A DNA stretch of 64,000 bases from Vulcanimicrobiota bacterium (GTDB lineage: Bacteria > Vulcanimicrobiota > Vulcanimicrobiia > Vulcanimicrobiales > Vulcanimicrobiaceae). Positions 1 to 11,430 of the stretch are shown here, in pieces. The notes below the pieces were generated by a model that saw only the letters and a list, made by a program, of their open reading frames with translations, was not told the origin of the DNA and made no database searches. The stretch covers positions 736,001-800,000 of the forward strand of contig CAVRQT010000003.1 of NCBI GenBank assembly GCA_963723515.1, written 5' to 3'. Position 1 is the stretch's first letter; each line of letters begins with the position of its first letter. Both the position numbers and the translations under genes were made by a program.

Positions 1-2078
<2,078 letters not shown>

Positions 2079-2245
2079 ACTTTTTGAAATTGCATCACTT
2101 GCGCTGCGGAAAACAACGCAAATGACCGCTTCACGTGTCCGAAGACACATGAAAGTTCTTCTCTATGCAGTTTTCAATGATCGCAAGGAACCGTGCCGAT
2201 TGCTCACGTCAGATATGCGCGAAGCATCCTGAACGTGCCGGCGGC

Positions 2246-2277
2246 CCGTTCCCTCAAAACTGAACAGTACAGCAGTA
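2246..2277 (-). promoter_or_regulatory. 16S processing-stem 3' arm, pairing with the boxA-containing leader arm at ~4151-4178
   Basis: Minus-strand TACTGCTGTACTGTTCAGTTTTGAGGGAAC is complementary to leader GTTCCTTGAAAACTGAACAGTGCAGTAG; a second boxA-like GATCATTGAAAACTG lies at ~2168-2182. Confidence 0.75.
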
Positions 2278-2330
2278 TATCGCCATTGCGCTCAACCATA
2301 CGCTCGAATCGAGCGATAGATCCCTGCGCG

Positions 2331-2352
2331 CTTCGACAAGCTCAGCGTGACA
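2331..2352. repeat. Dispersed 22-bp REP-like repeat, copy 1 (in rRNA ITS)
   Basis: CTTCGACAAGCTCAGCGTGACA; its reverse complement is 21/22 identical to 13869-13890. Confidence 0.75.
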
Positions 2353-2461
2353 ATCACGCTGCGTGCCCATCGGCAAGCGTTTTCGAATGGCATCGTCTGT
2401 GGTCGACTTTAAGAATGTACGCTATTGCATTTACGCTCGGCGCAAATCAATAGCACGTACT

Positions 2462-3970
<1,509 letters not shown>

Positions 3971-4265
3971 ACATTTTTTATGGAGCCGTTGTTGGCTCTA
4001 TAAACTTGTACGATCGAACTCGCTGTTGTGATGAACCGGTGGAGCCGGAGCTCACTTCGAATTCGATTTAAAAAATCTCACTGAACAAAAAGAAAAAACG
4101 CCTTTACGGCGCTTGCGTCTTTTTGGTCGGGAGACCCACAGACTTATGCGCTACTGCACTGTTCAGTTTTCAAGGAACGAACGATTGGCCCCGACCACGT
4201 CGACCGACCTACAAGCTTTAAGAGTTGAGGACGGTGGGCGCATTGGCTCCAGAGTCACGACGACC

Positions 4266-4294
4266 AGTATATAGGAGCGCCCTAGGGGCGTCAA
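4266..4294 (-). promoter_or_regulatory. rRNA operon sigma70-type promoter
   Basis: TTGACG-N17-TATACT on the minus strand ~300 nt upstream of 16S. Confidence 0.85.
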
Positions 4295-4342
4295 GGTAAC
4301 GCGACACGCGTCCTTGTGGAGAAACGCTCGCGCGATCGCCCT

Positions 4343-4930
4343 TTATAACCCGGCGGCGGTCTCCGTCGTTGCGGTGCGGCGCCGGCGCCGTTGCGCCTTT
4401 GCGCGGTTGCCGCATACGGCCATGTCACACCATGCGCCGGACCCATTTTTCGAGTGATCGTAAAACGCCCAAAGGCAGGTGTGTTGCCGGCACGCTTTCA
4501 ACCGGCGCCACGTTCCGGTGCGAAGCGCATCATAGATGGCGGCCAAGAGCCGTCCCATCGCCTGCTGTTCGCCCGAGCCGCTCGCGGCTAGCGAAGCATC
4601 CCCCGGTGTTGGGCCTAAACACATGCGTAACGGCACATGCTGTCCGAGCGCCCGGACCTGCTCCCAGCCGGCGGCCGGATCGGCTTCGCCCGTGTGGGAG
4701 AGCAGCGCGGTCCGAAGCGCTTCACGAAATTCACGCAAGCGCCCCGTGGCTGAGGGGTCAAGCGGCGCGGTTTCCTCTAGTAGGTCGTTGTCTCGCAGCC
4801 AAGCAGTCGCCGTTTCCGGCGTTGCAAGGTGATCTTCGGGTTCGTCTGTGTGGCCTGAGTTGACGAACCGGCGGACGCGCTCGAGTTCTCCCGGCGCGGT
4901 GGCATCCTTAACGCCCATCGTTGTGTGCAT
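4343..4930 (-). CDS. CGNR zinc finger (ABATE + zf-CGNR) putative transcriptional regulator; real start possibly ATG 4918
   Basis: N-terminal RRFVNS and C-terminal CRQHTCLWAFYDHSKNGSGAWCDMAVCGNRAKAQR. Confidence 0.92.
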   Translation of the reverse strand: MHTTMGVKDATAPGELERVRRFVNSGHTDEPEDHLATPETATAWLRDNDLLEETAPLDPSATGRLREFREALRTALLSHTGEADPAAGWEQVRALGQHVPLRMCLGPTPGDASLAASGSGEQQAMGRLLAAIYDALRTGTWRRLKACRQHTCLWAFYDHSKNGSGAWCDMAVCGNRAKAQRRRRRTATTETAAGL

Positions 4931-4959
4931 ACTATAGCACCACTAAAGCGTGTTGACAA
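4931..4959 (-). promoter_or_regulatory. Promoter of the CGNR gene
   Basis: TTGTCA(4959-4954)-N17-TATAGT(4936-4931). Confidence 0.65.
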
Positions 4960-4981
4960 GTTACTCTAACTACCGTACAAT
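4953..4981 (+). promoter_or_regulatory. Promoter of microprotein 1
   Basis: TTGACA-N17-TACAAT. Confidence 0.8.
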
Positions 4982-5019
4982 CTTAAGTGGTTACTGACAA
5001 AATACATAGAAAGGTTAAA

Positions 5020-5157
5020 ATGATGGCAGACCCTCGTCCAACAATCCCTCTCGTGCCCGAGCTGATCGACATCACCCGACGCATCCCGGGCCACGGTGCC
5101 GACGATGCGCTCTTCGGTGGCTGGGGCGTGCGGTTGCCCTTCGCGATCCCGCGCTAA
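5020..5157 (+). CDS. Microprotein 1, 45 aa (MMADPRPTIPLVPELIDITRRIPGHGADDALFGGWGVRLPFAIPR)
   Basis: SD-like AGAAAGG upstream, own promoter, paralog of 5254-5382 with mostly synonymous differences in the conserved blocks. Confidence 0.85.
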   Translation: MMADPRPTIPLVPELIDITRRIPGHGADDALFGGWGVRLPFAIPR

Positions 5158-5170
5158 GGGGCGAAGGGAG

Positions 5171-5235
5171 CTACTCTTAAACAATTAGTTGACAATCAGC
5201 TATGGCGCCCCTATACTGCTCTTAAAGAATTAGTT
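5171..5235 (+). promoter_or_regulatory. Promoter of microprotein 2 flanked by 20-bp direct repeats
   Basis: TTGACA(5189-5194)-N17-TATACT(5212-5217); CT(A/G)CTCTTAAA(C/G)AATTAGTT at 5171-5190 and 5216-5235. Confidence 0.8.
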
Positions 5236-5253
5236 TTAATAAAGGAGTGCGCC

Positions 5254-5382
5254 ATGGTTGATCCCCGCCCGACGATTCCCTTAGCGTTGCAAGCAATCCA
5301 TCGCCGGCACATTATCCCGCCGGCTGACGATGCGTTGTTCCGCGGGTGGGGCGTGCGCTCGCTCTTCTCGATCGGTCGTTAG
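5254..5382 (+). CDS. Microprotein 2, 42 aa (MVDPRPTIPLALQAIHRRHIIPPADDALFRGWGVRSLFSIGR)
   Basis: SD AAAGGAG, own promoter, downstream terminator, paralog of microprotein 1. Confidence 0.85.
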   Translation: MVDPRPTIPLALQAIHRRHIIPPADDALFRGWGVRSLFSIGR

Positions 5383-5397
5383 ATCACAGAACGCGTC

Positions 5398-5448
5398 AAG
5401 GCGTGCCCGGCAGCAGCTTATGGGCAGTTGCAGCCGGCACGCCTTTTT
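5398..5448 (+). terminator. Intrinsic terminator after the microproteins (between convergent genes)
   Basis: AAGGCGTGCC...GGCACGCCTT stem followed by a T-run. Confidence 0.8.
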
Positions 5449-5466
5449 GATTAGCTAACGTAGATC

Positions 5467-7071
5467 TCAGAATCCCTCGGCCTCTTCACCGGCGTCTTTG
5501 GCGCTCACTTTGGCTGCAACCGTCTTGGCTTGTAAGAAGAGTAAGAGGTAATCGTGACTCCCGGCTTTTGAATCCGTTCCCGACATGTTGAATCCGCCGA
5601 ACGGATGAGCTCCCACCATTGCGCCCGTACACTTCCGATTGAGATACAGATTGCCGACGAAGAACTCATCGCGCGCACGTTCGAGCTTGCGCGGGTCTTT
5701 CGAGTAAACCGACCCCGTTAGGCCGTATTCAGTGTTGTTTGCGATCCGCAGCGCATCATCAAAATCTTTGGCCTTAATCACCGCAAGCACCGGGCCGAAG
5801 ATCTCTTGTTGTGCGATCGTCGCATCGGGCGCCACATCCGCGATCACGGTCGGCTCGATGAAGTACCCAGCACCGCCGCTGCGGCGTCCGCCGGTCAGCA
5901 AGCGCCCTTCTTTTTGGCCGATCTCGATGTAGCGGCCGATCGAGGTCGCTGCGTTCTCATTGATGACCGGCCCCATGTAATTCTTTTGCTCGACCGGATC
6001 GCCGACTTGAATTTTACCGACACGATCCTGTAAGCGCGAAACGAATTCATCGTAGATCTTCTCGTCAACGATGGCGCGCGAGCACGCCGAACACTTCTGG
6101 CCTTGAAATCCAAAAGCGGAAACGGTGACGCCTTCGACTGCGGCGTCGAGATCCGCGTCGGCCGCAACGACGATCGAATCTTTGCCGCCCATCTCGGCGA
6201 CGACGCGTTTGATCCATTTCTGTCCCGGTTGCGGCTTCGCCGCCAGCTCGTTGATCCGCAAGCCAACTTCCTTCGAACCGGTAAAGGAAATGAAGCGCGT
6301 CTTCGGGTTTGTGACCAGCGCATCACCGATTGTCGAGCCCGAGCCGGGCAAGAAGTTTAAGACGCCTTGCGGCAATCCCACTTCTTCAAGCAAGTCGACA
6401 AAACGAGCCGCAATGACGGCTGAATCGCTCGAAGGCTTGAGCACGACGGTGTTGCCGGCAACGACAGCTGCAGTCGTCGTTCCCGCCATGATTGCAAACG
6501 CAAAGTTCCACGGCGGGATCACTACGCCGACGCCAAGCGGGATGTAGCGCAACTCGTTCTCTTCGCCGGCGATCGGCTCGACCGGATGTGGGCCGTCGTA
6601 GCGCAGCGCTTCGCGCGCGTAAAATTCCAGAAAGTCGATCGCTTCAGCCGTGTCGCCATCGGCTTCGGGCCACGTCTTGCCAACTTCGTACACGAGCAAC
6701 GCGTCGAATTCGAAGCGGCGTTCGCGAATGCGCTGGGCGGCTTTGAGCAGATAGCTTGCGCGCTCCGAAGCGCTGACATTCTTCCACGTTTCAAACCGGC
6801 GGGCTGCCGCGTCGATCGCGCGATTCGCCTGCTCGAGTGCCGCCGAAGCGACCAGTCCAACAACTTCCTGCGGATTGGCCGGATTGATCGACTTGATCCA
6901 GCGCTCTGTTTCTTCACGCCGGCCGTCAATGACGAGCGGATATTTCTTTCCAAAATTGCGCTTAACCGCCGCAAGGGCGCCTTCCATGGCGGCGACGTCG
7001 GCGGGATCGCTGAAGTCCTTGACCAGTTCGTTTTTGAACGGTGCGAGTGTTTTTTCCAGTGTTGCAGCCAT
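5467..7071 (-). CDS. pruA: 1-pyrroline-5-carboxylate (L-glutamate gamma-semialdehyde) dehydrogenase, RocA/PruA type
   Basis: PPWNF, FTGSKEVG, EMGGKD, FGFQGQKCSACSR, GNLYLNRKCTGAMVG, PFGGFNMSGTDSKAG. Confidence 0.93.
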   Translation of the reverse strand: MAATLEKTLAPFKNELVKDFSDPADVAAMEGALAAVKRNFGKKYPLVIDGRREETERWIKSINPANPQEVVGLVASAALEQANRAIDAAARRFETWKNVSASERASYLLKAAQRIRERRFEFDALLVYEVGKTWPEADGDTAEAIDFLEFYAREALRYDGPHPVEPIAGEENELRYIPLGVGVVIPPWNFAFAIMAGTTTAAVVAGNTVVLKPSSDSAVIAARFVDLLEEVGLPQGVLNFLPGSGSTIGDALVTNPKTRFISFTGSKEVGLRINELAAKPQPGQKWIKRVVAEMGGKDSIVVAADADLDAAVEGVTVSAFGFQGQKCSACSRAIVDEKIYDEFVSRLQDRVGKIQVGDPVEQKNYMGPVINENAATSIGRYIEIGQKEGRLLTGGRRSGGAGYFIEPTVIADVAPDATIAQQEIFGPVLAVIKAKDFDDALRIANNTEYGLTGSVYSKDPRKLERARDEFFVGNLYLNRKCTGAMVGAHPFGGFNMSGTDSKAGSHDYLLLFLQAKTVAAKVSAKDAGEEAEGF

Positions 7072-7159
7072 GCGTTAGACTGCGCTCAGAAATCCGGCAG
7101 TCCTTTCTTCCGCCCAAGCTTCGCCTCGGCGGGCTCAGGCGGTGATGCTTATTATTAGC

Positions 7160-7188
7160 GAAGAGGGCCGCTTCTTGCGGCCCTCTTC
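7160..7188. terminator. 12-bp perfect hairpin downstream of rplQ (probable terminator)
   Basis: GAAGAGGGCCGC-TTCTT-GCGGCCCTCTTC; only a weak U-tract on the minus strand. Confidence 0.6.
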
Positions 7189-7220
7189 CTTATTTTGCGG
7201 CGCGAGCGATTGCGCTGTGG

Positions 7221-7574
7221 CTAGCGGACGAGTTCTAAGACCGAAAGTTCTGCAGCGTCGCCGGGGCGCACGCGTGACTTTGTTATGCGCGTGTAACCGC
7301 CGCTGCGGTCTTTCAAACTGGGCGCAATTTGTTCGCATAGCTTGCTGACGACTTTCGGTTCGGTCAGGTATTCAGCAACTTGGCGCCGGGACTGTAAGTC
7401 GCCGCGAGCAGCCGTCGTGATCAGCCTGTCGGCGACTTTGCTAATCTCCTTCGCTTTCGCGGTCGTCGTCTCGATCTTTTCGTGCTTGAAGAACGCCGTC
7501 GCAAGATTACGCAACATCGAGCGACGATGGCCGTCCGTACGTGAAAGGCGCCTCTGTGAGATTTGATGCGGCAT
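7221..7574 (-). CDS. rplQ: 50S ribosomal protein L17
   Basis: HRRSMLRNLA, IETTTAKAKE, RSGGYTRI. Confidence 0.97.
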   Translation of the reverse strand: MPHQISQRRLSRTDGHRRSMLRNLATAFFKHEKIETTTAKAKEISKVADRLITTAARGDLQSRRQVAEYLTEPKVVSKLCEQIAPSLKDRSGGYTRITKSRVRPGDAAELSVLELVR

Positions 7575-7585
7575 AATATTCGGCG

Positions 7586-8512
7586 CTACGACTGCCGGAG
7601 GGAGAGTCCCCGCTCCTCGAGGACTTGCTTTATCTCGTCGAGCGATTTCTTCCCGAAGTTGCGCATTTCGATGATCTCGTCTTCCGACATGTCAAGCAAT
7701 TCAGAGACTTTCGAGATGCCGGCACGCTTCAGACAGTTAAACGACCGAACGGAGAGGTTGAGCGTTTCAACCGGCACGTCCCACTCGCTGACGGGCGCCG
7801 GTTGAGCAGGCTTCTCTTCGGTGCTGAAGCTTACGAAGAGATCCAGTTGCTCTTGAACGATTCGAGCGCCAATCGAGAGCGCTTCATCCGGGGTGATCGA
7901 GCCATTTGTTTCGATTTCAAGCGTGAGGCGATCGAAGTCGACGTTTTGTCCGACGCGCGTGTCGTCGACCGTGAAATTGACTTTGCGAATCGGCGAGAAG
8001 ATCGAATCAAGCGGAATGAGACCGATCATGTGCTCGACGTTGCGCTGACGATCCGCCGTGACGTAGCCGCGATGCTTTTCGACGCCGATTTCCATCGAAA
8101 GCCTTGCCCCTTTCGAACTCAAGGTGGCGATGTGGTAATCAGGATCCAAGATCTCCACGTCGGCGTCAGGCGTGACGTCCGCCGCAGTGACTTCTTTGGG
8201 CCCGGTTGCAGACAACGAAAGCACCTTGGGCTCGTCGGTGTTCATTTTCACCGGCAAGCCTTTGAGGTTGAGCATCAGATTGGTCGTGTCTTCGACGACT
8301 CCCGGAATCGTTGAGAACTCGTGCAGCACGCCATCGATTTTCATGTACGTCACTGCCGAGCCCGGAATCGAGCTGAGCAGAACGCGGCGCAGCGCATTGC
8401 CGAGCGTTATTCCGAAGCCGCGTTCCAGCGGTTCGATGATGAATTTGGCATAGTTGTCGCGGCGCTCCCGAATTTCAATTTCGGCGCCTTGCGGTGTCTC
8501 TAATACGGTCAT
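7586..8512 (-). CDS. rpoA: RNA polymerase alpha subunit
   Basis: EPLERGFGITLGNALRRVLLSS; LSVRSFNCLKRAGI. Confidence 0.99.
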   Translation of the reverse strand: MTVLETPQGAEIEIRERRDNYAKFIIEPLERGFGITLGNALRRVLLSSIPGSAVTYMKIDGVLHEFSTIPGVVEDTTNLMLNLKGLPVKMNTDEPKVLSLSATGPKEVTAADVTPDADVEILDPDYHIATLSSKGARLSMEIGVEKHRGYVTADRQRNVEHMIGLIPLDSIFSPIRKVNFTVDDTRVGQNVDFDRLTLEIETNGSITPDEALSIGARIVQEQLDLFVSFSTEEKPAQPAPVSEWDVPVETLNLSVRSFNCLKRAGISKVSELLDMSEDEIIEMRNFGKKSLDEIKQVLEERGLSLRQS

Positions 8513-8601
8513 TGTTTTTCTATAAGTCCTTTGCTGCTCAAGTTATCCGCGGGCATCCCCGATGCCGCACGATCGTACTCCCAGCAGCGGCGTGAAGTGG
8601 T

Positions 8602-9258
8602 TTACCGCGAGTAGTATTCGACGATCAGTTGTTCCTCGACCGGAGTGTCGATCTGCTCGCGTGACGGCAGCTGCAGCACTTTGGCTGAGCTGTCTTGATC
8701 GTTGAATTCAAGCCATTCGGGTGCACGACGGCTGCGTGCGACTTCGAGGTTGGCTTGAAAGACATTGGACTTGTGAGAGCGGTCGCCGATCGTGATGACG
8801 TCGCCCGGCCTCACCATGTAGGACGGAACGTTCACGATGCGCCCATTGACTCTGAAGTGGCGATGCGTAACGAGTTGTCGCGCTTGGGCGCGGCTCGTCG
8901 CCAAATTCAGACGGTAAACGACGTTGTCGAGGCGCCGTTCCAGGAGTTGCAAGAACGTTCTGCCGGTTTGTCCCGGCACGCGTGCCGCTTCCTGAAAGTA
9001 GTTTTCGAATTGGCGTTCGATGACGCCGTAGTAGCGGCGCATCTTCTGCTTCTCGCGCAACTGGCGACCGAATTCCGAGGTCTTCTGGCGCGACTTGCCT
9101 TGCGTCTTCTGCCCCGGCGCTGTGCCGCGACGCTCGACCGCGCACTTTTTCGTTAGGCAACGGTCGCCTTTGAGAAACAGTTTGATCTTCTCGCCCGTTT
9201 TGCTCGCTGCAGTTTCGCGGCGGCACATGCGGCAGACCGGACCAACGTAGCGCGACAT
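8602..9258 (-). CDS. rpsD: 30S ribosomal protein S4 (Cys/Zn-type)
   Basis: [25 protein letters not shown]. Confidence 0.99.
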   Translation of the reverse strand: MSRYVGPVCRMCRRETAASKTGEKIKLFLKGDRCLTKKCAVERRGTAPGQKTQGKSRQKTSEFGRQLREKQKMRRYYGVIERQFENYFQEAARVPGQTGRTFLQLLERRLDNVVYRLNLATSRAQARQLVTHRHFRVNGRIVNVPSYMVRPGDVITIGDRSHKSNVFQANLEVARSRRAPEWLEFNDQDSSAKVLQLPSREQIDTPVEEQLIVEYYSR

Positions 9259-9653
9259 TAAACGCGGCGCCTTTTGGGCGGGCGGCAGCCGTTGTGTGGA
9301 ATCGGCGTCACATCTTTGATCAACGTGATCTCCAAACCGGCGGCTTGCAACGACCGAATCGCCGCTTCACGGCCGGCACCGGGACCTTTCACCATAACTT
9401 CTGCCGACTTCATGCCGTGATCCATCGCTTTGCGCGCGACGGCCTCGGCAGCCATTTGCGCGGCAAACGGCGTCGATTTCTTCGAGCCCTTGAAGCCGAG
9501 ATTGCCGGCGGATGCCCATGCAATCACGCTTCCTTGATTGTCCGAAATCGTTACGACGGTGTTGTTGAACGACGAATGAATGTGAGCGACGCCCGATTGG
9601 ACGTTCTTGAACTCACGCTTCTTGCGTGATTTCGCTTGCTTTTTCGCAGCCAA
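9258..9653 (-). CDS. rpsK: 30S ribosomal protein S11 (TTG start)
   Basis: [26 protein letters not shown]. Confidence 0.99.
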   Translation of the reverse strand: MAAKKQAKSRKKREFKNVQSGVAHIHSSFNNTVVTISDNQGSVIAWASAGNLGFKGSKKSTPFAAQMAAEAVARKAMDHGMKSAEVMVKGPGAGREAAIRSLQAAGLEITLIKDVTPIPHNGCRPPKRRRV

Positions 9654-9820
9654 ACTCTAGATGAACCTCAAATCCTTAAACTAGTACGGCAAAATTCCGA
9701 TGCCCCTTGTTGGGGCCCCGCACGCTTTGCTGGTGGGGGCGTGCAGGCGCTTGCGCCGGAACACCTGTTAAACAAGCGGGGTCCCCATTGTGCGAAGCAC
9801 ATTGGGAGTGCCAAACGCTT

Positions 9821-9849
9821 ATTCTACGGAAGGGCCGCTCTTCGGTCAA
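9821..9849 (-). promoter_or_regulatory. Promoter for rpsK-rpsD-rpoA-rplQ
   Basis: TTGACC-N17-TAGAAT, ~165 nt upstream of rpsK. Confidence 0.75.
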
Positions 9850-9873
9850 GGGATTAAGGCGCCTCGGGCTCGG

Positions 9874-9908
9874 AAATTAAAGGACCCCGCCGCGAGGCGG
9901 GGCCCTTC
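9874..9908 (-). terminator. Intrinsic terminator after the stalk-domain gene
   Basis: Minus strand AAGGGCCCCGCC-TCGC-GGCGGGGTCCTTTAATTT. Confidence 0.75.
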
Positions 9909-9929
9909 GTTTCACTCCGGCTAGCGGGG

Positions 9930-11360
9930 TTAGAAGCGGAGTCCTAAGCCAACGTAGCCACCGTTATGCGTCGCATCGATCGGAGCGTTGGAACGATTCG
10001 TCCAGCGATCGCCGATCCACCCGAGGTCGATGAAGAACGGTGAGTTTCCGAGCGTCAGCGTTCCACCAACCTGATACTTGAAGACGTTGTAGGCCAGGGT
10101 GTACGGACCGGTCGGACAGACGCTCGTGCCGCAATTTCCCTGAACGTTCCAGAAGTACCAGGCACTGCCGTAGATCGAGAAGACCTGGTTCAGATCCGGC
10201 AGCTTTTCGATACCCGCCCCGAAACCGCTGAGGTTCGGGTATCCGTAGTTGGTCGTTCGCCACATATACCCGACACCAATGTAGATCCGCGGGTCGATGA
10301 CCTTAAGCCCGAGGCGTACGTCGAAGTCGGTGTCTCGCGCGGTGAACGCCGGAACGAAGGTCTGCGACATGCCGCCGATCGTCGTGACGCATCCCGTGTC
10401 ACCGAGCGGTGCGTGTCCCGCTAGACCATCGCACGGCAGACCCGTGTTGGTCATGATGTCATAGTTACCGCCCGTGCATCCAGGGGTCGGTTTGGGCGGT
10501 GCGCCCGGCGGAGGCACGAAGCCCACAGGCACCGTGCAAGCGGCGGTCGGTACGCCTTGGCTGTGCGGATATCGCCATTGAGTCCACGTACCTTCGAGCA
10601 TCCACGGCAAGTTGAACAGTGAAAACTCGAGGCCGCCGGCAGCGTGATACGACCCGGTTTGACCACCGGTGTTACCAGGATTGAACTCGTTGTACACCTT
10701 CGGACTGAAGATGTAGTCACCAACGATGAAATGGTCCTGATAGACGGCCGGTACGGGTGCCGGCGTTGGAGCCGGTGTTGCGGGCGGCGGAGGCGGCGGT
10801 GCCGGCGGCGCTGCTGGAATGTAGCGCACGACGACGAGCCGTTTCTCCGGTACCCATTGGACATAGGCGCCCATGCCTTCGGAAATCACGCGCACCGGCA
10901 CGACGACGTGTCCCTGATAGATTTCAGGCGGCACATCGAGCGGCCGGGTCTCCCCGTTGATGACGACTTCCGGTTTGCCGACGGTCACTTTGACGTCGGA
11001 TCCCGGCTTGCTGACATCGACGGTTTTATTGGCGGGATTGTAAGACACCGTTGCGCCCATCTGTTCGAACATCGAGCGCAGCGGAATGAGGATCGTGCCC
11101 CCGCGCACGAGCGCGGCTAAGACACGGCCCTGTTTGAGCTTGTCAGGTTTGGCGTAGACGTGATGGTCGTTGTAGAGAATTGGAATCTGCCCCGACGGCG
11201 GTGAACCGAAGTTCATCGGCGGCGGAGCCGGGGCTGGGCTGGCCTGAGCAATCGCGTTGGTTCCAATGTTGCCATGCGAATGCCCCGGAGCCGCAGCCAC
11301 GGTAAGCCCCATGCCGGCTGCTATCAGCACGACAAGGACTCCGGTGCTCAGTGTTTTCAA
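9930..11360 (-). CDS. Secreted protein: copper amine oxidase N-terminal (stalk) domain, Pro linker, probable outer-membrane beta-barrel
   Basis: TTG start at 11360 behind SD AAAGGGAGG; signal peptide; LIPLRSMFEQMGATV and VVPVRVISEGMGAYVQW; C-terminal YVGLGLRF. Confidence 0.8.
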   Translation of the reverse strand: MKTLSTGVLVVLIAAGMGLTVAAAPGHSHGNIGTNAIAQASPAPAPPPMNFGSPPSGQIPILYNDHHVYAKPDKLKQGRVLAALVRGGTILIPLRSMFEQMGATVSYNPANKTVDVSKPGSDVKVTVGKPEVVINGETRPLDVPPEIYQGHVVVPVRVISEGMGAYVQWVPEKRLVVVRYIPAAPPAPPPPPPATPAPTPAPVPAVYQDHFIVGDYIFSPKVYNEFNPGNTGGQTGSYHAAGGLEFSLFNLPWMLEGTWTQWRYPHSQGVPTAACTVPVGFVPPPGAPPKPTPGCTGGNYDIMTNTGLPCDGLAGHAPLGDTGCVTTIGGMSQTFVPAFTARDTDFDVRLGLKVIDPRIYIGVGYMWRTTNYGYPNLSGFGAGIEKLPDLNQVFSIYGSAWYFWNVQGNCGTSVCPTGPYTLAYNVFKYQVGGTLTLGNSPFFIDLGWIGDRWTNRSNAPIDATHNGGYVGLGLRF

Positions 11361-11430
11361 GTCAACCCTCCCTTTAATAAAAACGTCCATTGCTGGAGTC
11401 TACGGCTCTTATTCCCACTCCGCGCTTCAA

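Noticed and set aside
5020..5382. Microproteins as RiPP precursors or type I toxins
   Set aside because: No modifying enzyme, protease or exporter adjacent, and no transmembrane stretch or evident antisense RNA; not excluded, but unsupported
5020..5382. CRISPR or ncRNA repeat explanation of the duplicated segment
   Set aside because: Only two units, and conservation follows codon positions rather than nucleotides
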